Below are positions 9,243-19,959 of a stretch of DNA of 27,203 nucleotides, piece after piece (the stretch's first letter is position 1; every line of letters begins with the position of its first letter). The notes under the pieces are model-generated. The model had not been told where the DNA came from and did no database searches. It saw only the letters and a list, made by a program, of their open reading frames with translations. The stretch comes from Octopus sinensis (Eukaryota): NCBI RefSeq assembly GCF_006345805.1, contig NW_021836395.1, forward strand, positions 1 through 27,203, in the 5' to 3' direction. The translations under genes and the position numbers were made by a program.

Positions 9243-9883
9243 GTACCGTTACCAACTGCCCAAGCCTCATTTTCTAAATTGCTAGGAACCTGTCTCTTGA
9301 CAAAATATCCCCCAAGACATAAGAACGAGCCAACAGCTCCTAACCTGTGTGTGCAGCTTCATATGATTAATATAAGTTGCTTTCGAAAGAATAGCGTGTC
9401 GACGTGTATCACATTTGTAACTGCTCGGAGCTTTTCTGGCGCTATCAACCAGATTGGAAACCCGGGTTGGTGTGAGTTGAGTCACTTTGCAATGTTTCTG
9501 TTGTATTTGACAACGTAAAGTGTACTAGCCATCTGAATGTGGCTAGCCACTGGGGGTGGGGTGTTACTGATGCTTTTAGCCCCAGGAGATCAACGTCACC
9601 AGCTGGCCTTAGACACAATTTCAGTGCTCTTGTGTTATTTGCAAAGGGAGGTCATCCTCCCTCGAAAACCTAAGTGATACATACGGACTATAGTTTCAAG
9701 GTAATTGCCTCTCGTCAACGCATGGTAAACACCGGTTTTCGATGAAGGAGACCTTTGCAAATAATAATATTAAAAATGATGAACCTATGTGAACTAAACT
9801 TCCAATAAAACGAAACCAGTAGCTCTCCTTTCATTCCGTAAATGGTGCATTGCTATTAATCCCTTAATAGAAATAGAATTAGA

Positions 9884-10503
9884 AGGCGGCGAGCTGGCAG
9901 AAACGTTAGCACGCCGGGCGAAATGCTTAGCGGTATTTCGTCTGCCGTTACGTTCTGAGTTCAAATTCCGCCAAGGTCGACTTTGCCTTTCATCTTTTCG
10001 GGCTCGATTAAATAAGTACCAGTTACGCACTGGGGTCGATGTAATCGTCTTAATCCGAGTGTCTGCCCTTGTTTGTCCTCTCTGTGTTTAGCCCCTTGTG
10101 GGTAGTAAAGAAATAGGTATTTCGTCTGCCGTTACGTTCTGAGTTCAAATTCCGCCAAGGTAGACTTTGTCTTTCATCCTTTCGGGGTCGATAAATTAAG
10201 TACCAGTTCCGCACTGGGGTCGATGTAATCGACTTAATCCCTATGTCTGTCCTTGTTTGTCCCCTCTATGTTTAGCCCCTTGTGGGTTATAAAGAAATAG
10301 GTATTTCGTCTGCCGTTACGTTCTGAGTTCAAATTCCGCCAAGGTCGACTTTGCCTTTCATCCTTTTGGAGTCGATTAAATAAGTACCAGTTACGTACTG
10401 GGGTCGATGTAATCGTCTTAATCCGTGTGTCTGTCCTTGTTTGTCCTCTCTGTGTTTAGCCCCTTGTGGGTAGTAAAGAAATAGGTATTTCGTCTACCGC
10501 TAC
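9884..10503 (+). mobile_element. SINE family A: one head followed by a tandem array of 184-bp bodies (3 complete plus 1 stub)
   Basis: GGTATTTCGTCT starts at 9932, 10116, 10300 and 10484. Confidence 0.92.
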
Positions 10504-10583
10504 GGTGGCGGTGGTGGTGGTGGTTATAGTGATGACGGCGGCAGGTAGTGGTGGTGGTGGAAGTGCTGGTGATGGTGTTGTTG

Positions 10584-10615
<32 letters not shown>

Positions 10616-10635
10616 GGTGGTGGTGGTGTAGTGGT
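10504..10635. repeat. Imperfect (GGT)n/(GTT)n tract
   Basis: Read directly from the sequence. Confidence 0.9.
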
Positions 10636-10829
10636 CATTTTGACGATGGAGACAAAACCGGCTGGACAGATCAGTCCTTACAGTATAGAAGGACACCTTA
10701 AACAGAGCCGTGGAATGCTGTTAATTATGGGTTTGCTCAACCGATCTCAAAGCATTCCGGCCTCTCTCACCGAACCACTAAGCGCGCCATCTACAAATGA
10801 TAGTTATGCTACAACCACATAATACCATC

Positions 10830-11945
10830 ATAACCACTGTCTCCACAACCACAACCATCCAATATACCACCCTCACTAACACCACCACAAACACAACCAC
10901 CACCGCCACCAACACCATCACCAACACCACTACAACACCACCAATATCACCACAACCACTATCACCACTACTACCACTACCACCACAGCCAGCACCATCA
11001 CCCCCACCATTGCTACCACCATCTCCACCACCACCACCACCACTACCACTATCACCACCACCGTCACCATCACCACCACTACTACCATCACTACCACCAC
11101 CACCGTCACCACCACTACCACCACTATCGCCACCACCACCACCACCACCACTATCATCACCACTGCCACCGCCACCACCACCACCACAGCCACCATCACC
11201 ACTACCACCACCACCACCACCACCACCACAGCCACCATCACCACTACCACCATCACTACTACCACCACTACCACCATCCCTACCAATGCCACCATTACCT
11301 CCACCACCATCACCACCACCACCATCACTACTACCACCACTACCACCATCCCTACCAATGCCACCATTACCTCCACCACCATCACCACTACCACCATCAC
11401 TACTACCACCACTACCACCATCCCTACCAATGCCACCATTACCTCCACCACCATCACCACCACCATCATCGCCACCATCACTACCACCACCACCGCCACC
11501 ACCACTACCACTGCCACCGCCATCACTACCACGACCACCACCACGACCACCACGACCACCATCACCACCACCACCACCACCACCACCACCACCACCACCA
11601 TCACTACCACCACCACCATTACCGCCACCACCACCACCACTATTACTACTACCACCAATACCACCACCACCACCACCACCACCACCACCACCATCACTAT
11701 TACTACTACCACCACCACCACCACCACTATTACTACTACCACGACCACCACCACCACCACCACCACCACCACCACCATCACTACCACCGCCACCATTACC
11801 GCCACCACCACCACCACCACCACCACCACCACCACTATTACTACTACCACCACCACCACCACCACCACCACCACCACCACCATCACCACCATCACCACCA
11901 CCACCACCACCACCACCACCACCACCACCACCACCACCACCATGG
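10830..11945. repeat. Long imperfect (ACC/ACT)n trinucleotide tract with an internal 3 x 72-bp unit
   Basis: TACCAATGCC occurs at 11281, 11353 and 11425. Confidence 0.92.
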
Positions 11946-12046
11946 TATTCGTAACATGGTTGTTACAACAGTGTTTTTGTTCTGCTCCAAGAGTAAAACA
12001 CAAAAGATCCTTTTGTACTGACTTTATCGCATTAGCATTGTTTATG

Positions 12047-12298
12047 TTGCAGTTGTTGTTGTTGTTGTTGTTGAGGTCGTGATTGTGGCGGTGGTGGTGG
12101 TGGTGGCGACACAGACTGCGGTGGCGGGGTGGCGGTGAGAGTAGTTGTAAATGATGAGAGTGGCGTCGGAGGAGGCGGCGTCGGTGGCGTCGGCGAGGGT
12201 TGCGGTGGCAGTGGTAATAATGATGACGGCGGCCGGTAGTGATGGTCGTGCTGGTGGTGGCGGCGGTAGTAGTAGTAGTAGTAGTCGTGGTGGTGGTG

Positions 12299-12333
<35 letters not shown>

Positions 12334-12352
12334 CGTCGTGGTGGTGGTGGTG

Positions 12353-12408
<56 letters not shown>

Positions 12409-12418
12409 CGTGGTGGTG

Positions 12419-12459
<41 letters not shown>

Positions 12460-12478
12460 CGTCGTCGTGGTGGTGGTG

Positions 12479-12525
<47 letters not shown>

Positions 12526-12532
12526 CGTGGTG

Positions 12533-12568
<36 letters not shown>

Positions 12569-12634
12569 GTCGTGGTGTTGGTGGTGGTGGTAGTGGTAGT
12601 GGTAGTAGTAGTAGTAGTAGTAGTAGTAGTCGTG

Positions 12635-12683
<49 letters not shown>

Positions 12684-12850
12684 CTGCGTTGATGATGATG
12701 ATGATGATGACGACGACGACGACGACGACGACGACGATGTTTAGGGTGGATGATGAGATTGGGGCTACGGACGTGCGGTACTCGGTTGTGGTACGGCGGG
12801 GTGGTACGGCGGGGTGGTACGCGGGGTGGTACGGCGGCGAGGAGGTACGG
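12047..12850. repeat. (GGT)n/(AGT)n block tract, then (GAT)/(GAC)n and 4 copies of ~13-bp TGGTACGGCGGGG
   Basis: Read directly from the sequence. Confidence 0.9.
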
Positions 12851-13138
12851 GTTTGCGAAGGCAAGGCCATCTATGTATGTATATATGCTAAAACGACAAA
12901 ACTTGTCACTTAACAAAAAAAAAACAAAAACAACAAACAAAATGGTATATAATTGCTTGTATTAGTTTGATGATACTAGCAGCAAAAATTTATATTGGTC
13001 ATAGGGTTTTTAATGATTGGCAAAGCGATAACATTAACCCTGACCCCTTCGGAAAGACTTCAATCAACAACAGAATAAGAGGCCGTCACAAATGCTGGGG
13101 TTTTTTTTAATTGCGTATTTCTTTCCCAGAGTTGCTAA

Positions 13139-13511
13139 TCTCTCTATATATAAACGGCAGTTTGTTTGTGTGTGTTTCTGTGTGTCTGTCAGGTTGTACC
13201 CTCACCCTGACCACGGCTTTCAACCGATTCTGATGAAACTTGACACACACATAGCCCAATGTCATAATTCAAACTAACGCAGCGAAAATTTTGAAAAGTT
13301 CCCCAGTTCTGAAAAAAACAAATGTTAAATTCGACATGGGGTCGAGAATCAGAAAAACACAACCACAGACTGTCTAGGGACGCAACTCGACCTTTTTAAC
13401 TAAAAAAAAATTTACCATCATTTTTTTCCCATTTTTTTGGCTATAACTCTCTAAAAATGCTTTATAGTTATTTCCCTTACAAACCCGAGCAACGCCGGGC
13501 GATACTGCTAG
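13139..13511 (+). mobile_element. Non-autonomous Helitron-type (rolling-circle) element, 373 bp
   Basis: Starts with TC after A13138 (A|TCTCTCTATATATAAA). It has a subterminal GC-rich hairpin CCCGAGCAACGCCGGG (13484-13499) and ends CTAG followed by T13512. There is no TSD. Confidence 0.8.
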
Positions 13512-14271
13512 TCTTACAAAAAATGCTGTCGATCTGTTAGTAAACAGAGATCTTTGAAAAGTGCACAAGCTGCAACTGTTTGGATAAAAAGGGAGATTTA
13601 TTAACTCTCAGAGCAGTGACCTTTTTTTTTATTATTTTATTTTATTTCATTTTTTCTCTTTTTCTTTTTTTTTTTGGTGGTGGTGGTGGAGGGGTTTTAG
13701 TCAATTTTCTTGGTATTCTAAATAATCTGGCTTCCTTAATTAATTCTTCTATGGGTTTGTGTGTGTATGTATATATGTATATATGTATATATAAATATAT
13801 ATACACACGCACACACATATATATATATGTGTGTATTATATATATATATATATATATATATTAATTTATATATAGAGGGCATTATACATACATGCCAGGA
13901 GGCATTGTATATACATGCCAAACGCTAAGAGGGACAATCAGTCATTTCTACCAAAAAATATTCTAATCCCACCGAATGCAATTTTTCAAAGTAAGACATT
14001 AAAAATATAGGCCTGTATCACAGTGATTTCATACTTACGTAATCATCAGCAGGCCTGAATGTATTATAATAAACAACACCCTGCCTCGCTTAGCCGATCA
14101 GCTAACTGATCAACATCAACGAAGCACATGGGTGAGTTTTATATATATTACATCCCGGTAAATGGTAAAATTTACGAATTGCATTTCGGGAGAGGAAAAG
14201 TTTTTTCGGAATAAAAATTTAGCAATTAAGGACAACTACTTATAAGGAAAAACTTATATATATATATGTAT

Positions 14272-14323
<52 letters not shown>

Positions 14324-14455
14324 TATATATATTAATATATATATAGATATATTATAGGATATAATATATAATATATGTATGTATATATATTATATATATG
14401 TATATATATCCATATCCATTATATATATTCATACTTACATACACATATATACATT

Positions 14456-14507
<52 letters not shown>

Positions 14508-14515
<8 letters not shown>

Positions 14516-14984
14516 ATATTTCGGAATGGTCATATTGCCAGTTTAGCCAATAAAAACACACGCACTATATATTTGGTGTTATTTTGCTTCAGTGATATTT
14601 ATTTTTACATTAATCTTAATCTTATTTCGGCCAAAGTTCTTTCGTCACACTCCTGTGACCGCATCAGTGGTCTTTGTTTTCTTCTCACTTACTTGTGTCT
14701 CTCTTACTAACCGTCAGCCATTTTGTATTTCTATTGTATGTCTTCATTGCGCATGCTTATATCTCTATGTGCGTCTATGTTTATTTAGTGTGTGTGTGAG
14801 AGGGATGCTTGTAATATTGTATCTTCTGGTTATATACATTCTTGTAATTTGTTTTTGTTTTTGTTGTTGTTTGCTTTTGTTCAATTTGTTCATGTGTTTA
14901 CATCCACCTATTATTATCATTACATATGCTTGTATGTATGTATAACAACAATATTAGTATAATAATAATAATCTAATTGAAAAA

Positions 14985-14985
<1 letters not shown>
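14508..14985 (-). repeat. 3' pseudo-LTR of the PLE (left arm of a ~480-bp inverted repeat)
   Basis: Near-identical reverse complement of 18387-18872. Confidence 0.92.
14629..14672 (-). ncRNA. Minimal type-I hammerhead ribozyme variant, sense to the PLE ORF
   Basis: Minus strand: GACCA-CUGAUGC-G-GUCACA(GGAG)UGUGAC-GAAA-GAAC-UU-UGGCC. Confidence 0.62.
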
Positions 14986-15016
<31 letters not shown>

Positions 15017-15255
15017 ATATATATATATATACACATACATATACATACATATACATATATATATATACATAATATATATATACATACATACATATACATA
15101 TATATAACATACACACACATATAATATACATACACACATATATATACACACATACACACACATATACACATATACATACACATATACATATATAGTTATT
15201 CATTTCTATTTCTTTAATTATCTGTGTATTTATTATGTTTGCAGGATCACTATCG

Positions 15256-18045
15256 TCATATGTTGTGGTGTGCGCTATTGCTCCATTCCAGTTTTCTATT
15301 CAGGCTAGGTTTATTTTTCTATTATATGTGTAGCTTCTGTAATTTGTCTAATGTTGCATCTGTTCTATGTGTGGACAATATCTTAATCTCTATGTTATTG
15401 ATTGATCCCGTGTTCTTGTTCAGCGTGTTGGTACAGAATCGATGAGCTTTTACCTTCCTGAGTTGTCTCCAATGTTCATTCACCGCCCTCTCACCAATGC
15501 TTCTTGCTGTTTCCCCTACGTATGTTACTGTCTGTTACTGCATCGTCCCTCTATACATCTTATACTATAGACCACATTTCTGGCTTTACAGTTTGTTTGT
15601 GGCTAAATCTACATACAGTGCAATAGTTATCCGTACAGAGAGTTCTACTAAAGGATAGCTTCTACCAATTATAGATCTGATAGGGTTGCCTGGCTTTTCA
15701 ACAACCTTAATTCTTAGTTTATTAGTTTATCTAGGGTCCTTCTAAAGCGGTACACCAGTTCACCTCCAGGGGTGGTGTCAACGAACATGACACTCTGGTA
15801 TTTATGGCTATCATACAAGAGTTGGCCTTCCTATTTCTTTTTTGTCCTTTCTATAGTGTTCCATGACTTGTTCCTATAGAGTGGGCAAATCCCATTCCTA
15901 TCATTACATAATATATTATCAAATTTCTTCATGGCTCCTTTGTATACTCTGACCCTTTCTTTATGGCTGTAACCTGAGAACTGCATGCGGTGAATGAAAT
16001 ACTGTATGTGTCTCTTTAATTCTGTAGGCTCGCACATGCGTGACACATTTCTCATTATTCTGACGAAGTCTGCCATCAAAATATTGAATTTGGCATTGCC
16101 CGCAATGGCTGAGTTCCGGTGGATCAGGTTATTTTGAGGCCATAGGTTTTTGCATAGTATGAATGAAGGATTTGGGTTTTATTTTTCACAATTTCTAGCC
16201 AGAGTTCAGTGTCTAGTACTGGTAGTATGGTGGGGTGTTTAGTGGGGTAGTCTATTGTGACCTAATACTCTGGTGGATGGAGTTAGCTATTTGCTGGATG
16301 CTCTCCATAGTATTAGTTTCTATTACTATATCAACATTACTCTCTTGTGGGGGTGCCTTTACTACTATATTGATATCATCAACATAGCGAGAGTACATGT
16401 TTACGAGTATGGATTTCTGCAGTAGGCATTCTTTAAGCCTTCTGTCCCACCATACCATGAAGAGGTTGGCCACATCACCAGCGATACTAACACCGATGGC
16501 TGCCCCCTCGTCCTGGGCATATATTATATTATTAAATTTAAATGTGTGGCCTTTTAGGGTAACTCTTATACTAGCTCCTAGTGCATGTGCGATCATTTTC
16601 TTTACCTGATGGACATTTGCGGGGCTCCGTATGGCTCTGGTCCATCCGCGCCATCTTTCTATATGTGTCTTCCTAGCCATAGAAGTAATTGTAGGCGGTC
16701 TACCTCTTAAACATTACTGGGGCAGAAACTACTAAGATTATGTTTATCTAAGTATTCACTATTATATGTCAGTCTAAGTAGGAGGCCCAGTTCTTCTGTG
16801 TCGACATTACAGAACTCCACCTGGCTCTCGTTGATCATCTCCACGCACTTCTCCACTGCAAAATCTACGTCAATCGATGGGTATAGGGATACCACATCCA
16901 TGCTACCTACTATACATCCTGTCAAGTCACAAGTTTTGTTACAGTCACTGATCCTGCTTAGGAGATCTTCTGTGCTGTCACACACATCAGGTGACATCCT
17001 GATTATAGGGCGTATGATCATTGAGAGGAAGTAGGAGATTCTGTAATTGCTAGCGATATTCGCTCCACAGACTGGTCTTGTTGGTGGTCCTGCTATAGGG
17101 CAGTAAAACCTTATGGTCCTTGCGAAGTCCATACAGTGCCGGGATATCATTGTTCCAGGCTTGGAAATTCCTTGCAGTACGTTTCTGAGGTCCTAGAACA
17201 ATTGTCCACATCATCATGTGGGCATTGAGGACCTTTTCTCTCTCCTCATGCGCCTGTACAGTTGTTACTTTTGTATTGGCGATATGAGGTTGCATTGCCT
17301 GGATGTAGTTCGGTAAGCTGTCTATTGACATCCTGCCGGACTTATCCGTGGGAAGGCATATCACCTCTCCGTTCCTCGTGCGCTGAATGAGCTTCTGTAG
17401 GCCACATGCAGGTTTAATCCCGAGTTGTTGGGCATCTGTCTTATTCTGTCTCTGTCTCTTAATGTATAATCCTAAAATCTGTCTAAGTTTGGTCCTAGCT
17501 ATAGTGAACTGTGCTTCCATGTGGTCATTAGTACGTCTTGGGATGTATACTCTTTTGTTGAAGGGTAATGTTGTTGGATAAATTCGGTTCATGCAGTAAG
17601 TTTTGTCGCATACGTTGAAGAATTGAGTGTCAAAGGGATGGGTATACATGTCAATGGTCTCTCTAGGGTTATCTTCATTATCGTTACTGTTTCCAACATC
17701 AGCCTTCCTATTATTATTATCACCATTACCACTACTACTAGTATTCCTATTACCACCACAACTATCACTACTATCCTCATTACTACTTCTACTGTTACCA
17801 TCACCACTACTACTACCACTATTATTGTTATTACCTTTATTCCTACTATTGCCATTATTACTATCATCGCTAGTGATATATTCATTGTTCCTGTTTCTGG
17901 TATATGTGTTGTTTATATTAGTGTTGGGTTTTATGTCTGTCTGTTGGTCCCTGTCATTCCCCCTGTTGCGGTCGTTATTTTTGTTCCTATGAGTATTGTT
18001 ATCTGTTTCAAGTCCGCTGACTCCCTGTCCAGGATCCTGTTGCAT
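15256..18045 (-). pseudogene. Penelope-like element ORF (RT plus C-terminal GIY-YIG endonuclease), frameshifted as assembled
   Basis: Motifs in order: TDKSGR, PALYGLRKDHK, PPTRPVCGA, GSMDVVSLYPSID (A, 16898), YAQDEGAAIGVSIAGDVANLFM (B', 16515), YSRYVDD (C, ~16380), LPVLD (E), KLRIKVVEKPG, CxxxxCxxC linker, RNVVYSIRC (15570), YVGETARSIGER..EH (15515), RQITEA..LNRKLEW. Confidence 0.92.
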
Positions 18046-18050
18046 TAACT

Positions 18051-18386
18051 TTATTCTCCATTGTGACCCCTATGACACAATTTTATTCGTGTCTTGTGAC
18101 TATGGCTATCTGTGTGTGTGTTTGTTTGTCGGTTCTCCCTATAATTGTTGTTGTTGTTGCTGTTGTATACGATTTTTCTCTCTCTGTTTGTGTTTTTGTT
18201 TTTGTATCTATTGTTTGTGTCTATGCATATATTTTTTCTATTGTTGTTGTTGTTGCCGCTGTTAGGGTTCGTGTTGCTTTTGTTGCTACGGTTGTTATTG
18301 TTGCGGTCATTATTGTTTGTGTTGTTGTTGCTGCGGTTAGTGTTTTTCGCGTTGTTGTTGTTGTCGCAAGTGTCGTTTTTTTTTTT
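18051..18386. repeat. (TTG)n-rich low-complexity tract between the inverted pLTR and the PLE start codon
   Basis: Read directly from the sequence. Confidence 0.8.
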
Positions 18387-18872
18387 TTTTTTCAATTAGA
18401 TTTATTATTATTATTACTAATATTGTTGTTATACATACATACAAGCATATGTAATGATAATAATAGGTGGATGTAAACACATGAACAAAATTAGAACAAA
18501 AGCAACAACAACAAAAACAAAATACAAATTACAAGAATGTATATAACCAGAAGATACAAATATTACAAGCATCCCCCTCACACACACACTAAATAAACAT
18601 AGACGCACATAGAGATATAAGCATGCGCAAATGAAGACATACAATAGAAATACAAAATGGCTGACGGTTAGTAAGGAGAGACACAAGTAAGTGAGAAGAA
18701 AACAAAGGACCACTGATGCGGTCACAGGAGTGTGACGAAAGAACTCTGGCCGAAATAAGATTAAGATTAATGAAAAAATAAATATCACTGAAGCAAAATA
18801 ACACCAAATATATAGTGCGTGTGTTTTTATTGGCTAAACTGGCAATATGACCATTCCGAAATATAACAATAT
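18387..18872 (+). repeat. 5' inverted pseudo-LTR of the PLE (right arm)
   Basis: Reverse complement of 14508-14985, with roughly a dozen differences by manual count. Confidence 0.92.
18707..18751 (+). ncRNA. Minimal type-I hammerhead ribozyme variant, antisense to the PLE ORF
   Basis: GGACCA-CUGAUGC-G-GUCACA(GGAG)UGUGAC-GAAA-GAAC-UC-UGGCC. Helix I is CCA/UGG plus GG/CC and helix II is a perfect 6 bp. Confidence 0.65.
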
Positions 18873-18924
18873 CTGTTTTCACACACACGACTTCACATAA
18901 AAAATCTTGCACAACAAATATTTA

Positions 18925-18928
18925 AACG

Positions 18929-18959
<31 letters not shown>

Positions 18960-19148
18960 TATATATACATGTATACATATACATATATACATGCATATAG
19001 AATATAACACAAACACGAATATATATGCTCATGTATATACATATATATATACACACATATATATATAACCATGTATATATGTATACACACATACACTACA
19101 TATATATAAATGTATGTATATAAATATACATATATATGTGTACTTATA

Positions 19149-19182
<34 letters not shown>

Positions 19183-19620
19183 ATGTATATATACACACAT
19201 ATATATATACACATATATATGTGTATATATGTGTGTATATATACATATATATATATATATATGTGTGTGTATATGTGTATATATATATATGTATATATAT
19301 GTGTGTGTATATATACGTGTGTGTATATATATATATACATATATATACGTACATATATATTTATGTATACATATATATGTATATATATGTATATATATCT
19401 GTGTGTGTATATATGTGTGTATATATATACATATATATATATATGTGTTGTGTGTGTGTGTGTGTGTGTGTGTGGCGTGTGTGTGTGTATAATAGTAAAA
19501 GGAAATTAATTGTTCTTTGGCAGAATAAAACCAAACTCTGAGTCTCACGATGTAAACAAGGCTGTGTTTCACAAAAATAATTGTCTACTCCACAGTGCCA
19601 ACTTACTTTATTCAACCTAA

Positions 19621-19689
<69 letters not shown>

Positions 19690-19690
19690 A
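18925..19690. repeat. (TA)n/(TG)n microsatellite mosaics
   Basis: Read directly from the sequence. Confidence 0.9.
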
Positions 19691-19959
19691 TTCAGTGGTG
19701 AAAATCGAAATGAAACATGGGAAAAAACGGTCAAATTAAATTCGGGACACCCGTCGTCAGACATAGAGACCAGAATCCACGTAGTTTCGGCACATTTAAA
19801 ATTCAAGCCCTCTAAATCCCCTTGTTTGTTGCAGTAATAGTTGATATGACTGATGTGATAGACATTACAGAAGAAAAAAACGAGCACGAAAAATGCAGAT
19901 GACAACATACACAAAAGACTACGGACATATGCATGTAACACAGGTTGATAAAAGCGATG

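Noticed and set aside
9670-9750. Possible HDV-like ribozyme (TTG-CCTCTCGT-CAA as P3/L3)
   Set aside because: P1 is mismatched, and I could not place P2 or the catalytic J4/2 C.
9932-10503. Regularly spaced direct repeats superficially like a CRISPR array
   Set aside because: The whole 184-bp unit repeats with no unique spacers, and the units are SINE bodies in a eukaryotic context.
10797-11954. 385-aa proline-rich (extensin/formin-like) ORF
   Set aside because: It is a translation of an (ACC)n tract that switches from the Thr to the Pro register. No signal peptide, flanking domain or codon evidence.
10930-12940. 646-aa poly-Thr/poly-Val ORF and overlapping poly-Tyr, poly-Ser/Gly and poly-Val ORFs
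   Set aside because: They are trinucleotide-repeat translations open in several frames on both strands.
17623-18476. Hydrophobic plus-strand ORFs resembling membrane proteins (also 14592-14945 and 24784-25308)
   Set aside because: They are antisense readings of AAC/AAT-rich low-complexity sequence, pLTR or (TTA)n repeats.
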